Below are positions 55,344-64,000 of a DNA stretch of 64,000 nucleotides, in pieces. Each line of letters opens with the position of its first letter. The first letter of the stretch is position 1. Origin of the DNA: an uncultured virus (IMG/VR IMGVR_UViG_3300020042_013559) (taxonomy: Duplodnaviria; Heunggongvirae; Uroviricota; Caudoviricetes). The notes beneath the pieces were generated by a model, which was not told where the DNA came from, made no database searches, and was given only the letters and a program-made list of their open reading frames with translations. Position numbers and translations under genes: made by a program. The stretch lies in the IMG/VR virus record IMGVR_UViG_3300020042_013559, one strand, 5' to 3'.

Positions 55344-57011
55344 TTGATGAAATCAAATGATAGATATTTGGGAAATCCAAATCTGCCTACCCCAACTGCT
55401 GAGTTTGAGTATACGCCAGAGATGATCAAGGAAATGGACAAATGCAAATCCAATATTCTTCATTTTGCTGAAAATCATTTTTTCATTGTTAATTTGGATG
55501 TGGGTCGAGTAAAAATAAAACTGCACAATTATCAAAAAAAAATTTTAAGAAGTTTACGGGACAATCGTTTTGTTTGTTTGCTGTCAAGTCGTCAGGCAGG
55601 AAAAACAACAGTCATGACCATATATTGTCTTTGGCTGGCATGTTTTCAAAACGATCAAAGAATTCTTCTTGTTGCAAATAAAGAAGAAACTGCCAAAGAA
55701 ATTTTTGCACGTATTCGATTGGCTTATGAAAATCTTCCCAACTTTTTAAAACCGGGTGTAACAGAATATGGAAAAACTGCCATGGGTCTTGCCAACGGCA
55801 GTCGCATCAGTATCAGCACCACATCATCTGATGCAGGCCGTGGAAGTTCCGTTAATGTTTTGGTCATTGACGAGTTGGCTCACATTGACAACAGCATGGT
55901 GGAAACATTTTGGTCTGCTGTTTATCCCATCATTTCATCCAGTAAAAAAAGTAAAATTTTTGTGGCCAGCACACCCAATGGAACTGGCAATCTTTTTTAT
56001 CAATTATACACAGACGGAATGGAAGGAACAAATAATTGGAAAACAGAAAGGGTGGATTGGTGGGAAATTCCTGGTCGAGACGAAAAATGGAAGGATAATA
56101 CAATCAAAAGTCTGGGCAGTCGAGAATTGTTCGACCAAGAATTTGGAAATGAGTTTCTCCAGGAAGGTGAATCTGCACTGAATGGAGATGATTATGAAAA
56201 ATATAAAGCAGCATGCAGCGATCCTCTTTTCATTTTTGATGATGGAAAATATAAAATATGGGAACAACCACATAAAAACGGAATATATGTTGCAGGTGTG
56301 GACGTGGCTGAAGGGGTAGGACAAGCAAGCAGTGTAATTCAAATATTTGATTTGGCAGATTTAAGCAGCATTCGTCAGGTTGCCATGTACAGGGACAACA
56401 CTATTACTCCTTATAACTTTACAATAAAACTTGTGGATATTCTTGCTCAATGGGGAAATCCTCCATTGTTGATTGAAAGAAACAATTGTGGCGGTCAGAT
56501 TGCAGATGCTCTTTTTGAAAATTATAGCTATGATCCAATGATCAGTTATAGTCATGGAAAAACATTTGATAAACCTGGAATATTCACCAATACAAACACC
56601 AAATATCATGCAGTCATTAACATGCGGTATTGGATCAATGAACTGCGATCCATAGTTTTTCGGGATATTGTCACATTAAATGAATTGAAAACATTCATAC
56701 GCTATCCAAACGGAACATGGGCTGCACGAAAAGGAAATAACAATTTTGATGATTGTGTCATGAGTATGGCCATGGCTTTTCTCATTTTAACAGATGATCT
56801 TGTGGAAAAATATTATGAAGTAACTGGAAGAGATAAAAATAACCGGCCCAGTTCCATAATTCCTTTTAAAAAGAATGATGGATTAACATTTAAATTTGGA
56901 GTTAATGAAGATGGATTTTCCGGCATGCCTGTGATCATGTCTTCCAAAGATAAGGACGAAATGGAGATTGAAATGGATTATTATTCCAATCAAGGCTGGA
57001 AACCCCTTTAA
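55344..57011 (+). CDS. Terminase large subunit (T4 gp17-like)
   Basis: YLGNPNL; SRQAGKT; LVIDE.AH; ASTPNG; FDQEFG; GVDVAEG; IERN; DD.VM. Confidence 0.95.
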   Translation: MMKSNDRYLGNPNLPTPTAEFEYTPEMIKEMDKCKSNILHFAENHFFIVNLDVGRVKIKLHNYQKKILRSLRDNRFVCLLSSRQAGKTTVMTIYCLWLACFQNDQRILLVANKEETAKEIFARIRLAYENLPNFLKPGVTEYGKTAMGLANGSRISISTTSSDAGRGSSVNVLVIDELAHIDNSMVETFWSAVYPIISSSKKSKIFVASTPNGTGNLFYQLYTDGMEGTNNWKTERVDWWEIPGRDEKWKDNTIKSLGSRELFDQEFGNEFLQEGESALNGDDYEKYKAACSDPLFIFDDGKYKIWEQPHKNGIYVAGVDVAEGVGQASSVIQIFDLADLSSIRQVAMYRDNTITPYNFTIKLVDILAQWGNPPLLIERNNCGGQIADALFENYSYDPMISYSHGKTFDKPGIFTNTNTKYHAVINMRYWINELRSIVFRDIVTLNELKTFIRYPNGTWAARKGNNNFDDCVMSMAMAFLILTDDLVEKYYEVTGRDKNNRPSSIIPFKKNDGLTFKFGVNEDGFSGMPVIMSSKDKDEMEIEMDYYSNQGWKPL

Positions 57012-57023
57012 TTAAATAATATC

Positions 57024-57587
57024 ATGGCAGCCACATACAACCAATCCATGCTCAATAAGGCACGGAAAGACAAGTTTTTGATGGTTTTAACACCCTCCAA
57101 GTTTTTAAGAGATAAAATCAACAATTTGGAAAGAGGAAATGACACTATAAATTTGGATAGTTTTCAATTTTCAGTGTTTGGTATTGATGTTCCAGATATA
57201 ACCATTCCTCAAGTTGAAACCAGTTATGGTGCACAAGTTTTAAAAGTCACAAGTTATTCCCGACCTTCTTTTAATAATGTTAATGTTAAATTCACTGTGG
57301 ATAATAATTACAATAATTATTGGTTCATTTACAGTTGGATGAATCTTTTAAATGATGATAAAACAGCTATTCCAAATCAAGGTAGTTATCCTCCTTTATT
57401 GAATGATTATTCAACCACCATAACTATCTATGGGTTAGATGAATACAACAAAAATAAAATAAAATTCGAATTTCACCAAGTAATACCTGTAAAACTAGGA
57501 ACCATAGCTTATAACTACAGAGATAGCGGAGAAGTTGAAAGTAGTTTCGAATTCAGTTTTTTTCAACTTATAACAAATCTTCTTTAA
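57024..57587 (+). CDS. Tail-tube-fold protein (gp3 tail terminator/tube-like)
   Basis: F.V....VP.I.I; F.VD..Y.NY..I..W; F.F....P..LG...Y motif; position before the sheath gene. Confidence 0.6.
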   Translation: MAATYNQSMLNKARKDKFLMVLTPSKFLRDKINNLERGNDTINLDSFQFSVFGIDVPDITIPQVETSYGAQVLKVTSYSRPSFNNVNVKFTVDNNYNNYWFIYSWMNLLNDDKTAIPNQGSYPPLLNDYSTTITIYGLDEYNKNKIKFEFHQVIPVKLGTIAYNYRDSGEVESSFEFSFFQLITNLL

Positions 57588-57629
57588 AAAAAATTAAAAA
57601 AATTATTCAGAATAGAATAAATAATTTAT

Positions 57630-59999
57630 ATGCCTAAACGTACAATCCAAAGTCCCGGAGTTGAAATTAACGAAGTTGATCTTTCATTGCGTCCTGTAAT
57701 TACTGTACCCACAACTACTTTAATTGCAGGTTTCTCACCGCAAGGACCTTTGGATGAAATTATCCAACCTTCAAGTCTGAGTGAATTTGAAAATATTTAT
57801 GGCAGACCTGTTAATGCACCTGAACGTTATTTTTATCATACTGTAAAAGCAGCTTTCCAATCTCAAAATGAAATTCTTGTTACTCGTATGCCATATGGTA
57901 GCGGAAGTGGAGCAGGTTTCACTGATTCTTACAGTGCCCTTGTTTATCCTGTAACCAGCTATAACGGTTCTTACGATACTGATGAAGGAACAGTACCTGC
58001 TACTGGAGAAGTTGGTCTTAGCGGTGCAAACACATATTTCTTGGGTCAACCCACTCAAATCGAAATGACTGCTCAAGAATATCAAGATATTTTAAATGGA
58101 AGTGCATTTTCTGCATGGAAGAATGTTCCAACACAATTCACATTTACCAGCACTGGTGCCAGCAAGCTGACACAATTGGCAAATGCTGGAATTATCGTGT
58201 TGAATAAAGCTCAAACCAGCATTAACAACAGGTATGAAGGATATTATTTAGGTGCAATTGACAATACAAACCTGAATCCTGCTACTCAATTCGATGGTGT
58301 TAATACTATCAAAACAATTGATAGCAACGCCGGATCCACATTCAACTTCCTTTCAATTCCTCGTACACGTCTTAACTTCCCTCTCAGTGCAAGTGAGTTT
58401 GGAATTGGAAACAGTATCAGTGAAATTATGGAAAATCTTCCAACCTTCAATGTTAGCACTCGTCAATTTGACGATACATTGCTGGTCGGTCTATTCAAAC
58501 TTCGCCAAAGCACATTTGGCACAGATACATTAACTCTTGATTATCTCCTTTCTGAAAGTTATGTCGGTTCTCTTGATTATTGGAGACAAATCAATGATGT
58601 GAACGGTGGATTACCTATCTCATTCTTCCTGGGATCACGTGAAGATGATAGTCCCAATGTTTCGATGCTGATCAATCCGTTTATCACCAATCGCAACACT
58701 CAAACTTGGATCAGCAGTGCAGGCTTTCCCACAAAGAAAGTCCGTGTGCTGAATCCTAATTTGGCAATTCCTTACAACGGCAATGGATTTGTTGATACTA
58801 ATGTAACTTACGAAACACGTGTAGGTGCTCCTAGCGCAACTGTAAGTGCAATTCTTCAAAACGGAATTCTAAAAAGAGCTGATTCACTATACAGCTTAGG
58901 TGCATTCGATAGCACAGTTGTTAGCACCAAGCTTATCGGAAGCATACCCGCCAAACTGCAACGTGTGTTTGATCTTGTTGAAAATGTAGATCTTTACAAC
59001 ATCAGCATCACTGTTGAAGCTGGATTAGGAACCATTTTTGCTGCTGCTGAATACAATTCAGACGTATTGAGTGGTGCAAACATCTTTGACGATACAATTC
59101 CTTTGGATATGAGCGGATTTTATGTGACAAACAATGAATCCATCAATGGTAATGCGTTGACTATCCGTGAAAATTATAATTCTGTTGCCAGCACATTCAT
59201 CAACTTTGCTCAAAATGTTCGTAAGGATCACATCTTTATTGCAGATCCTATCCGCAACATCTTTGTTCAAGGTGAAAACAGCAAGATCATTGATGATCCA
59301 ACCAAGAACTTTAATCAACACATATACTGGCCACTCCGCCATAACTTCTCATTGCTTAACACAAGCTATGCTGCAACTTATGGCACATGTGCTCGGGTAT
59401 TTGATGATGGTCTAAGCAGGCAAACATGGGTTCCGTTCTCGGGATTCGCAGCTGCAGCTTATGCAAATACCGATGATAACTTCCAACCTTGGTTCGCACC
59501 TGCAGGATTTACTCGCGGTGTGTTGCTCGGTGTAAATGATCTTCCGATCTATCCTAATCAAAAACAAAGGGATACACTTTATAAGATCAATATCAACCCT
59601 GTTGCATTCTTCCCGGCTGAAGGATTCGTGATCTTCGGTCAGAAGACCTTGCTCAAAAAACCCAGCGCATTTGATCGTGTAAACGTTCGTCGGTTGTTCC
59701 TGTATCTGGAAACAGCCACACGTAACACAGTCAAGTTCTTTGTGTTCGAGCCAAACACACTCTTCACACGTACTCAGGTTGTGAATGTTCTAACCCCGAT
59801 CTTTGATCTGGCTAAGAATACACAAGGTGTCTACGACTACCTGATCATCTGTGACGAAAGGAACAATACTCCTGACGTTATCGATCAAAATGAACTGGTT
59901 GTTGACATCTATATCAAACCTGTTCGTGCCGCTGAGTTCATCTTGGTAAACTTCTATGCCACTCGCACTGGCCAAGACTTCCAAGAATTGCTCGCCTAA
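57630..59999 (+). CDS. Contractile tail sheath protein (gp18-like)
   Basis: SPGVEINEVDLS; PWFAPAG..RG; FGQKTL; FDRVNVRRLF; FEPN; IKPVRAAEFI. Confidence 0.95.
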   Translation: MPKRTIQSPGVEINEVDLSLRPVITVPTTTLIAGFSPQGPLDEIIQPSSLSEFENIYGRPVNAPERYFYHTVKAAFQSQNEILVTRMPYGSGSGAGFTDSYSALVYPVTSYNGSYDTDEGTVPATGEVGLSGANTYFLGQPTQIEMTAQEYQDILNGSAFSAWKNVPTQFTFTSTGASKLTQLANAGIIVLNKAQTSINNRYEGYYLGAIDNTNLNPATQFDGVNTIKTIDSNAGSTFNFLSIPRTRLNFPLSASEFGIGNSISEIMENLPTFNVSTRQFDDTLLVGLFKLRQSTFGTDTLTLDYLLSESYVGSLDYWRQINDVNGGLPISFFLGSREDDSPNVSMLINPFITNRNTQTWISSAGFPTKKVRVLNPNLAIPYNGNGFVDTNVTYETRVGAPSATVSAILQNGILKRADSLYSLGAFDSTVVSTKLIGSIPAKLQRVFDLVENVDLYNISITVEAGLGTIFAAAEYNSDVLSGANIFDDTIPLDMSGFYVTNNESINGNALTIRENYNSVASTFINFAQNVRKDHIFIADPIRNIFVQGENSKIIDDPTKNFNQHIYWPLRHNFSLLNTSYAATYGTCARVFDDGLSRQTWVPFSGFAAAAYANTDDNFQPWFAPAGFTRGVLLGVNDLPIYPNQKQRDTLYKININPVAFFPAEGFVIFGQKTLLKKPSAFDRVNVRRLFLYLETATRNTVKFFVFEPNTLFTRTQVVNVLTPIFDLAKNTQGVYDYLIICDERNNTPDVIDQNELVVDIYIKPVRAAEFILVNFYATRTGQDFQELLA

Positions 60000-60016
60000 T
60001 AATTGATTAATTGTTA

Positions 60017-60056
60017 ATAACCGGTCAATACTAAAATATTGGCCGGTTATTTTTTA
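60017..60056 (+). terminator. Intrinsic terminator after the sheath gene
   Basis: ATAACCGGTCAATA/TATTGGCCGGTTAT stem plus T-tract. Confidence 0.8.
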
Positions 60057-60090
60057 TATTGTAAACTCTTAAAAAAGCATAAATATAATT

Positions 60091-60504
60091 ATGCCAACCA
60101 TAAAAGTTGTTAAATTATACCAGGAACAACCAGTTTATGATCCAACAATTGTCATAAAATTAGCTCTTGAATGTTCAGCACAATTAAAACTTTTTCATTG
60201 GCAAACATTCAGTTTTGCTCAACACGAAGCTTTTGATAAGATAGGAAAAGATTTGGCTAAAGCTTTTGATAGTTTGGTTGAAACTTTACTTGGGCGTTAT
60301 AGGCAATATGAATATAAACCTTTAAATTTTGAAATTCTACCTCATTCTAATGAAACTGTTCTTGTAAAAATAAACCAGTATTTACAAATATTGACAGGTC
60401 AGCCTTGTGCATTACTAGATCCAAAAGATTCAGATGCACAAAACATTGTGGAAGAGATTGTTGCAGATTTGAATAAACTTAAATATTTGTTGACTTTAGA
60501 GTAA
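60091..60504 (+). CDS. Ferritin/Dps-like protein (DUF5856-like)
   Basis: LFHWQT.S.AQH.A......D.LVE..G; KYLLTL. Confidence 0.75.
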   Translation: MPTIKVVKLYQEQPVYDPTIVIKLALECSAQLKLFHWQTFSFAQHEAFDKIGKDLAKAFDSLVETLLGRYRQYEYKPLNFEILPHSNETVLVKINQYLQILTGQPCALLDPKDSDAQNIVEEIVADLNKLKYLLTLE

Positions 60505-60545
60505 AAAAAATCAAAAAAAAACATAACTTAAGAATAAATATTATT

Positions 60546-61139
60546 ATGGCTGATACAACACAAACAATTCAAAGTTTTTATCAAATCGCAACTGAGCGTG
60601 ATTTCGCTCGTAAATTTAGTTTTCGTCTATTAAATGTTGATCCAGGTGATGCTTCAAACGTAAGTTTTGATGAAAACGATTTGGTTTATATTCGCACTGC
60701 TCAACTTCCTGCCCGTGAAATAACTGAAGTCACAGTCCCTTACATGGGTCTGGATTTCCACATTCCAGGCACAGTTAAATATCCTGGTTCTGAAGCTTAT
60801 AGCTTGGAATTTTATTGTGATAGCAACAGCAAAATTCGTCAGAAGTTTGAAGATTGGAGTCGCGACGTGTTTGATGATATCACAAGCACTGGAAATTATT
60901 TTTCTCCCAAGCAAACAGCAACAATTGATATGGTTCAACTAGACAATCAATTGAACCGTGTTGCTCAGTATCAATTGGTTGGAGTAAGCCCTCGCAGTGT
61001 TGGACCTCTTGAATATGATACAACCAACGGAGGAGACTTTGTTACCTTCACAGCGACTATCGCTTATCACTATTTCCGCCGCACATTCCAAAATGGTGGA
61101 ACAACTCCTCCCGTAAACGCTAGATTCAGCAATCCATAA
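60546..61139 (+). CDS. Tail tube protein (gp19-like)
   Basis: AQLP......VPY.G....PG...Y; R.KFE.W; F..T.AY.YF. Confidence 0.85.
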   Translation: MADTTQTIQSFYQIATERDFARKFSFRLLNVDPGDASNVSFDENDLVYIRTAQLPAREITEVTVPYMGLDFHIPGTVKYPGSEAYSLEFYCDSNSKIRQKFEDWSRDVFDDITSTGNYFSPKQTATIDMVQLDNQLNRVAQYQLVGVSPRSVGPLEYDTTNGGDFVTFTATIAYHYFRRTFQNGGTTPPVNARFSNP

Positions 61140-61147
61140 TCGGGCTT

Positions 61148-61171
61148 TCCTTCTAAATAATATTAGAAGGA
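61148..61171 (+). promoter_or_regulatory. Hairpin containing a late promoter and sequestering the Shine-Dalgarno
   Basis: TCCTTCTAA-ATAATA-TTAGAAGGA; TAAATA at 61154-61159. Confidence 0.65.
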
Positions 61172-61180
61172 GATAGAGCA

Positions 61181-62311
61181 ATTAACGATCCAATCACAGA
61201 TGCAATTCGGGGATTAACTAACAATCTACGAGGATTAACAACAGGCGGAAATCCTCCTTTTGCCCCACAAGTTACAAACGCATATGGATTCAATATCCCT
61301 GGCGTACCTTTAATAAGTCCACAAGAGTATTTTCTTACTCAAATGGAAAGTTGGTTTTCAACTGTTCCTTTAAATAGTCAGTGGGTAGTTTTAATAGACA
61401 ATTATCCCCGAGCCATATCCAGTGAAATTATTCAAGGTTTGGAATATACAGACGGATCCAAACAAGGATGGAATATCAGTCGTCCTGCACAAATATTAAC
61501 CAGTCAATTTTATCAAAAGGTAATTGGATGTATTTTTGCTCAAGGAGTCAATCTTCCTCAAGATGATTATGAAATAGAAAGTGCACCAATAGACAATAAC
61601 AGGGGATTTATACCTGGAATTCTTGCTTCAAAAAGAACCAGTTATGCTAATAAGTTTTTAAAGATAGAATTTCTTGAAACCAATACTTCATTTTTAGATA
61701 TGGTGATACGTCCCTGGGTAATTTTAGCAAGCCATTACGGATATGTGGCTCGTCCTGGTGGTACAGCTGATTTGCGACATATAAAATGTAATCTTACAGT
61801 TATGCAGTACACTCGTTCTTATCAAAAAGTTAGTCAAATTCCCAGAAAAGTTTGGACTTTTTATAATTGCGTTCCTTATTTTGTGGACAATCAAAGCATA
61901 ACATACAGTCCAGATACAGAATATGAGAAATATTCTACACAATGGATTTATAGTAATTACACTGTGCATTCTAATTTGTATTTGCCGTTACCTGATGTTA
62001 TCAATCGAATCAGTAATGGTGTGGTTCCAAACATTTCTCCTTTCCAAAATGGAAACAACTTTACCAACCAGAATTTACCCAAGACAGGATTACCCGGTGC
62101 TTTCTTCTGCTGGGTTGCTCGTGAAGTTTATGGTCAGGATAATCCAAAATGGCTGTTGTTCCGCCAATGGATGCTGACCAAATCACCAAAATGGTTCATG
62201 CATTTGTACATTGCATTTGGTGCATCGTTTGCTAAGATGATTCGAAATCGTACTTTTATTAAGAATTTGATAAAAAAATGGATGGATTCAAAAATAAAAG
62301 AGATTTTTTAA
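61181..62311 (+). CDS. Baseplate tail-tube initiator-like (gp54/gp48-type) protein with probable ATT start and C-terminal CWVAREVYG domain
   Basis: Frame open 54 codons upstream of ATG 61343, back to TAG 61172; tube-like motifs (FLET..S..D.V.RPW; W.F.NC.P). Confidence 0.6.
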   Translation: MNDPITDAIRGLTNNLRGLTTGGNPPFAPQVTNAYGFNIPGVPLISPQEYFLTQMESWFSTVPLNSQWVVLIDNYPRAISSEIIQGLEYTDGSKQGWNISRPAQILTSQFYQKVIGCIFAQGVNLPQDDYEIESAPIDNNRGFIPGILASKRTSYANKFLKIEFLETNTSFLDMVIRPWVILASHYGYVARPGGTADLRHIKCNLTVMQYTRSYQKVSQIPRKVWTFYNCVPYFVDNQSITYSPDTEYEKYSTQWIYSNYTVHSNLYLPLPDVINRISNGVVPNISPFQNGNNFTNQNLPKTGLPGAFFCWVAREVYGQDNPKWLLFRQWMLTKSPKWFMHLYIAFGASFAKMIRNRTFIKNLIKKWMDSKIKEIF

Positions 62312-62314
62312 TCC

Positions 62315-63187
62315 ATGAACAATTTTTACTGTAGGATATTCGTTCCTTCAACAGGAACATACGAATATTTTAAAGAAATAAATTTTGTTGCATCCAAAAG
62401 CATATCCAAATTCATTCAAAACAATGATTTAAAAGGTTTAGCATTGTTTTTGGAAACTGTTGTAAGGGATAATTGCTATAATAAAGACGTAAATTTTAAT
62501 ATACTGGACCTTTTGAGTATTCTTTGTCAGTTACGCAGCTATTGTTATGGTAATGTCATAACTTTTAACTTAAAAAATGAAAATAATGCAAAAATTTCAT
62601 TCAAACACAATGTGCAAAGGGTTATTGAATTTGAAGAATTGTTTAAAAAATCATTTGAAACTGTAATACACCATAAAAATATTGAAATTAAATTGGATCT
62701 GCCAAGTCATTTAATGGTATTGGACGATTCTGACATGATTTCTGAAAATATAAAATATATTAGTATTGAGTCAGAGAAGGTTCCGTTCTCAAATTTAACA
62801 AAAAATGAAAAAGAATCTGTATTAAATTTGTTAACTGCCAATTTTTCTAATAAAATAATGGATTATATACAAGAAAACGTAAAATTTTTGTCAAATTATG
62901 AATTTTTTGAAAAAATAAACATTAACACTTTTCAAAATATTACATTAAACCCTTATAATAATTCATTTATAGAATATCTTAAAATTATTTTCAACTATGA
63001 TTTGATGAGTTTGTATGAAATAGAATACTTATTGATAAGAAAGCTTAAATTTTCTCTTTTGGATTTGGAAAATATATCTCTAAATGAAGCTGAATTGCAT
63101 CTTAATTTATATAAAAAAGAATTAAAATCTATGGAGGAACAAAATAGCAAATCTGGTGTTGCAAAAGGTATTGGTCCGGATAATTAA
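62315..63187 (+). CDS. Baseplate hub-related protein (gp26/gp51-like)
   Basis: D.L.IL..LRS...G motif; C-terminal FSL.DLEN...E..L; position. Confidence 0.5.
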   Translation: MNNFYCRIFVPSTGTYEYFKEINFVASKSISKFIQNNDLKGLALFLETVVRDNCYNKDVNFNILDLLSILCQLRSYCYGNVITFNLKNENNAKISFKHNVQRVIEFEELFKKSFETVIHHKNIEIKLDLPSHLMVLDDSDMISENIKYISIESEKVPFSNLTKNEKESVLNLLTANFSNKIMDYIQENVKFLSNYEFFEKININTFQNITLNPYNNSFIEYLKIIFNYDLMSLYEIEYLLIRKLKFSLLDLENISLNEAELHLNLYKKELKSMEEQNSKSGVAKGIGPDN

Positions 63188-63192
63188 TCTAT

Positions 63193-63972
63193 ATGAGTCA
63201 ACCCAACTTAGATAATGTATTATCAAAATTAAAAGAGATTTCATCATCAGAACGCATACAAGTACAGGTTCTGTCCAAGAACAGCAAAGTACCGTTTAAA
63301 CCCATTACAGCAAAGCAACAAAAGGATTTAATTGAAGCTGCTTCATCAGGACCCAAAGCTGCTTTCCTTTATCCAAAAGTTGTCAACAGCATCATTTTGG
63401 AAAACTCTGAAGAAAAAAATATTTTAACCAGTGATCGTTCTCTTATTCTTATGGAGCTGAAAGTTAATTCTTTTGGACCTGTTCATAAGATTGAAAAGGA
63501 AGGCAAAACATATGAATTGGATCTGCAAAAGATACTGAATGAGTTTGATCCATCCACTGTAGCTTTTAATAAGCAAGATTCCTTTTCTCAAGGAGGAATT
63601 ACAATAAACTGTGTGGTTCCTTCACTGGATTATGAGAATCAAATCATAGATGGATTTTTAAAATCTTTTGGTTCTGATTTTGAAAACGAATCAAAACTTC
63701 AAAAAATCATAAGTGATGTGTATATTTTGGAAATTGTAAAATATATAGACACTATAGTGATAAAAGATACTGAATCTGCAACCATAGATTTGAAAACCTT
63801 GAATATTCTTCAAAAAATCAAGGCGGTTGAATCTATTACAGCCAATCTTGTACAAAAAGCTATTGAATTTGTTTCAAAATCCAAGCAAGTGGAAAACAAG
63901 CTTACTTCACAAAAGATTGGTGATGAAACTGTTGATATAAACCTAGATACATCATTCTTTTCAGGTTCATAA
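63193..63972 (+). CDS. Baseplate hub protein (gp26-like)
   Basis: V.FKPIT.KQQK.L; DR..I..EL; C-terminal FF. Confidence 0.55.
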   Translation: MSQPNLDNVLSKLKEISSSERIQVQVLSKNSKVPFKPITAKQQKDLIEAASSGPKAAFLYPKVVNSIILENSEEKNILTSDRSLILMELKVNSFGPVHKIEKEGKTYELDLQKILNEFDPSTVAFNKQDSFSQGGITINCVVPSLDYENQIIDGFLKSFGSDFENESKLQKIISDVYILEIVKYIDTIVIKDTESATIDLKTLNILQKIKAVESITANLVQKAIEFVSKSKQVENKLTSQKIGDETVDINLDTSFFSGS

Positions 63973-64000
63973 TTGATTTATTTTGATAAATATTTGGGAT

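Noticed and set aside
55344..57011. Intein in the terminase
   Set aside because: Normal length with contiguous motifs.

Overview
This window is a 64-kb piece of a large, AT-rich T4-like (myovirus) phage genome read in the standard genetic code. The left part (~3.3-25 kb) holds two convergent runs of small early genes with sigma70-type promoters. It includes a phage sigma70 factor, a RadA-like ATPase, a bS21-like ribosomal protein, a SprT protease, six tRNAs and at least four candidate structured RNAs. The middle has a tandem pair of LCIB-family carbonic-anhydrase-like genes, three HNH-AP2 endonucleases, class Ia nrdAB, a NUDIX hydrolase and an AAA ATPase. The right part has tail fibre genes, primase, a neck protein, the large terminase, tail sheath, tail tube and baseplate genes, most with a TAAATA late promoter just upstream of the start codon. 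Highlights: (1) the late-promoter LCIB-like CA pair bracketed by paralogous genes; (2) a ~0.93-kb inversion (2386-3316) whose reversal restores two broken genes; (3) a hairpin/late-promoter/AUU-start switch on a gp54-like gene that also carries a CWVAREVYG C-terminal domain; (4) a long-variable-arm tRNA(UAU) next to tRNA-Ile2; (5) a set of late proteins with capsid-targeting-like leaders. A Verrucomicrobiota host is a tentative inference. All family calls come from motif recognition by eye; no database searches were run.
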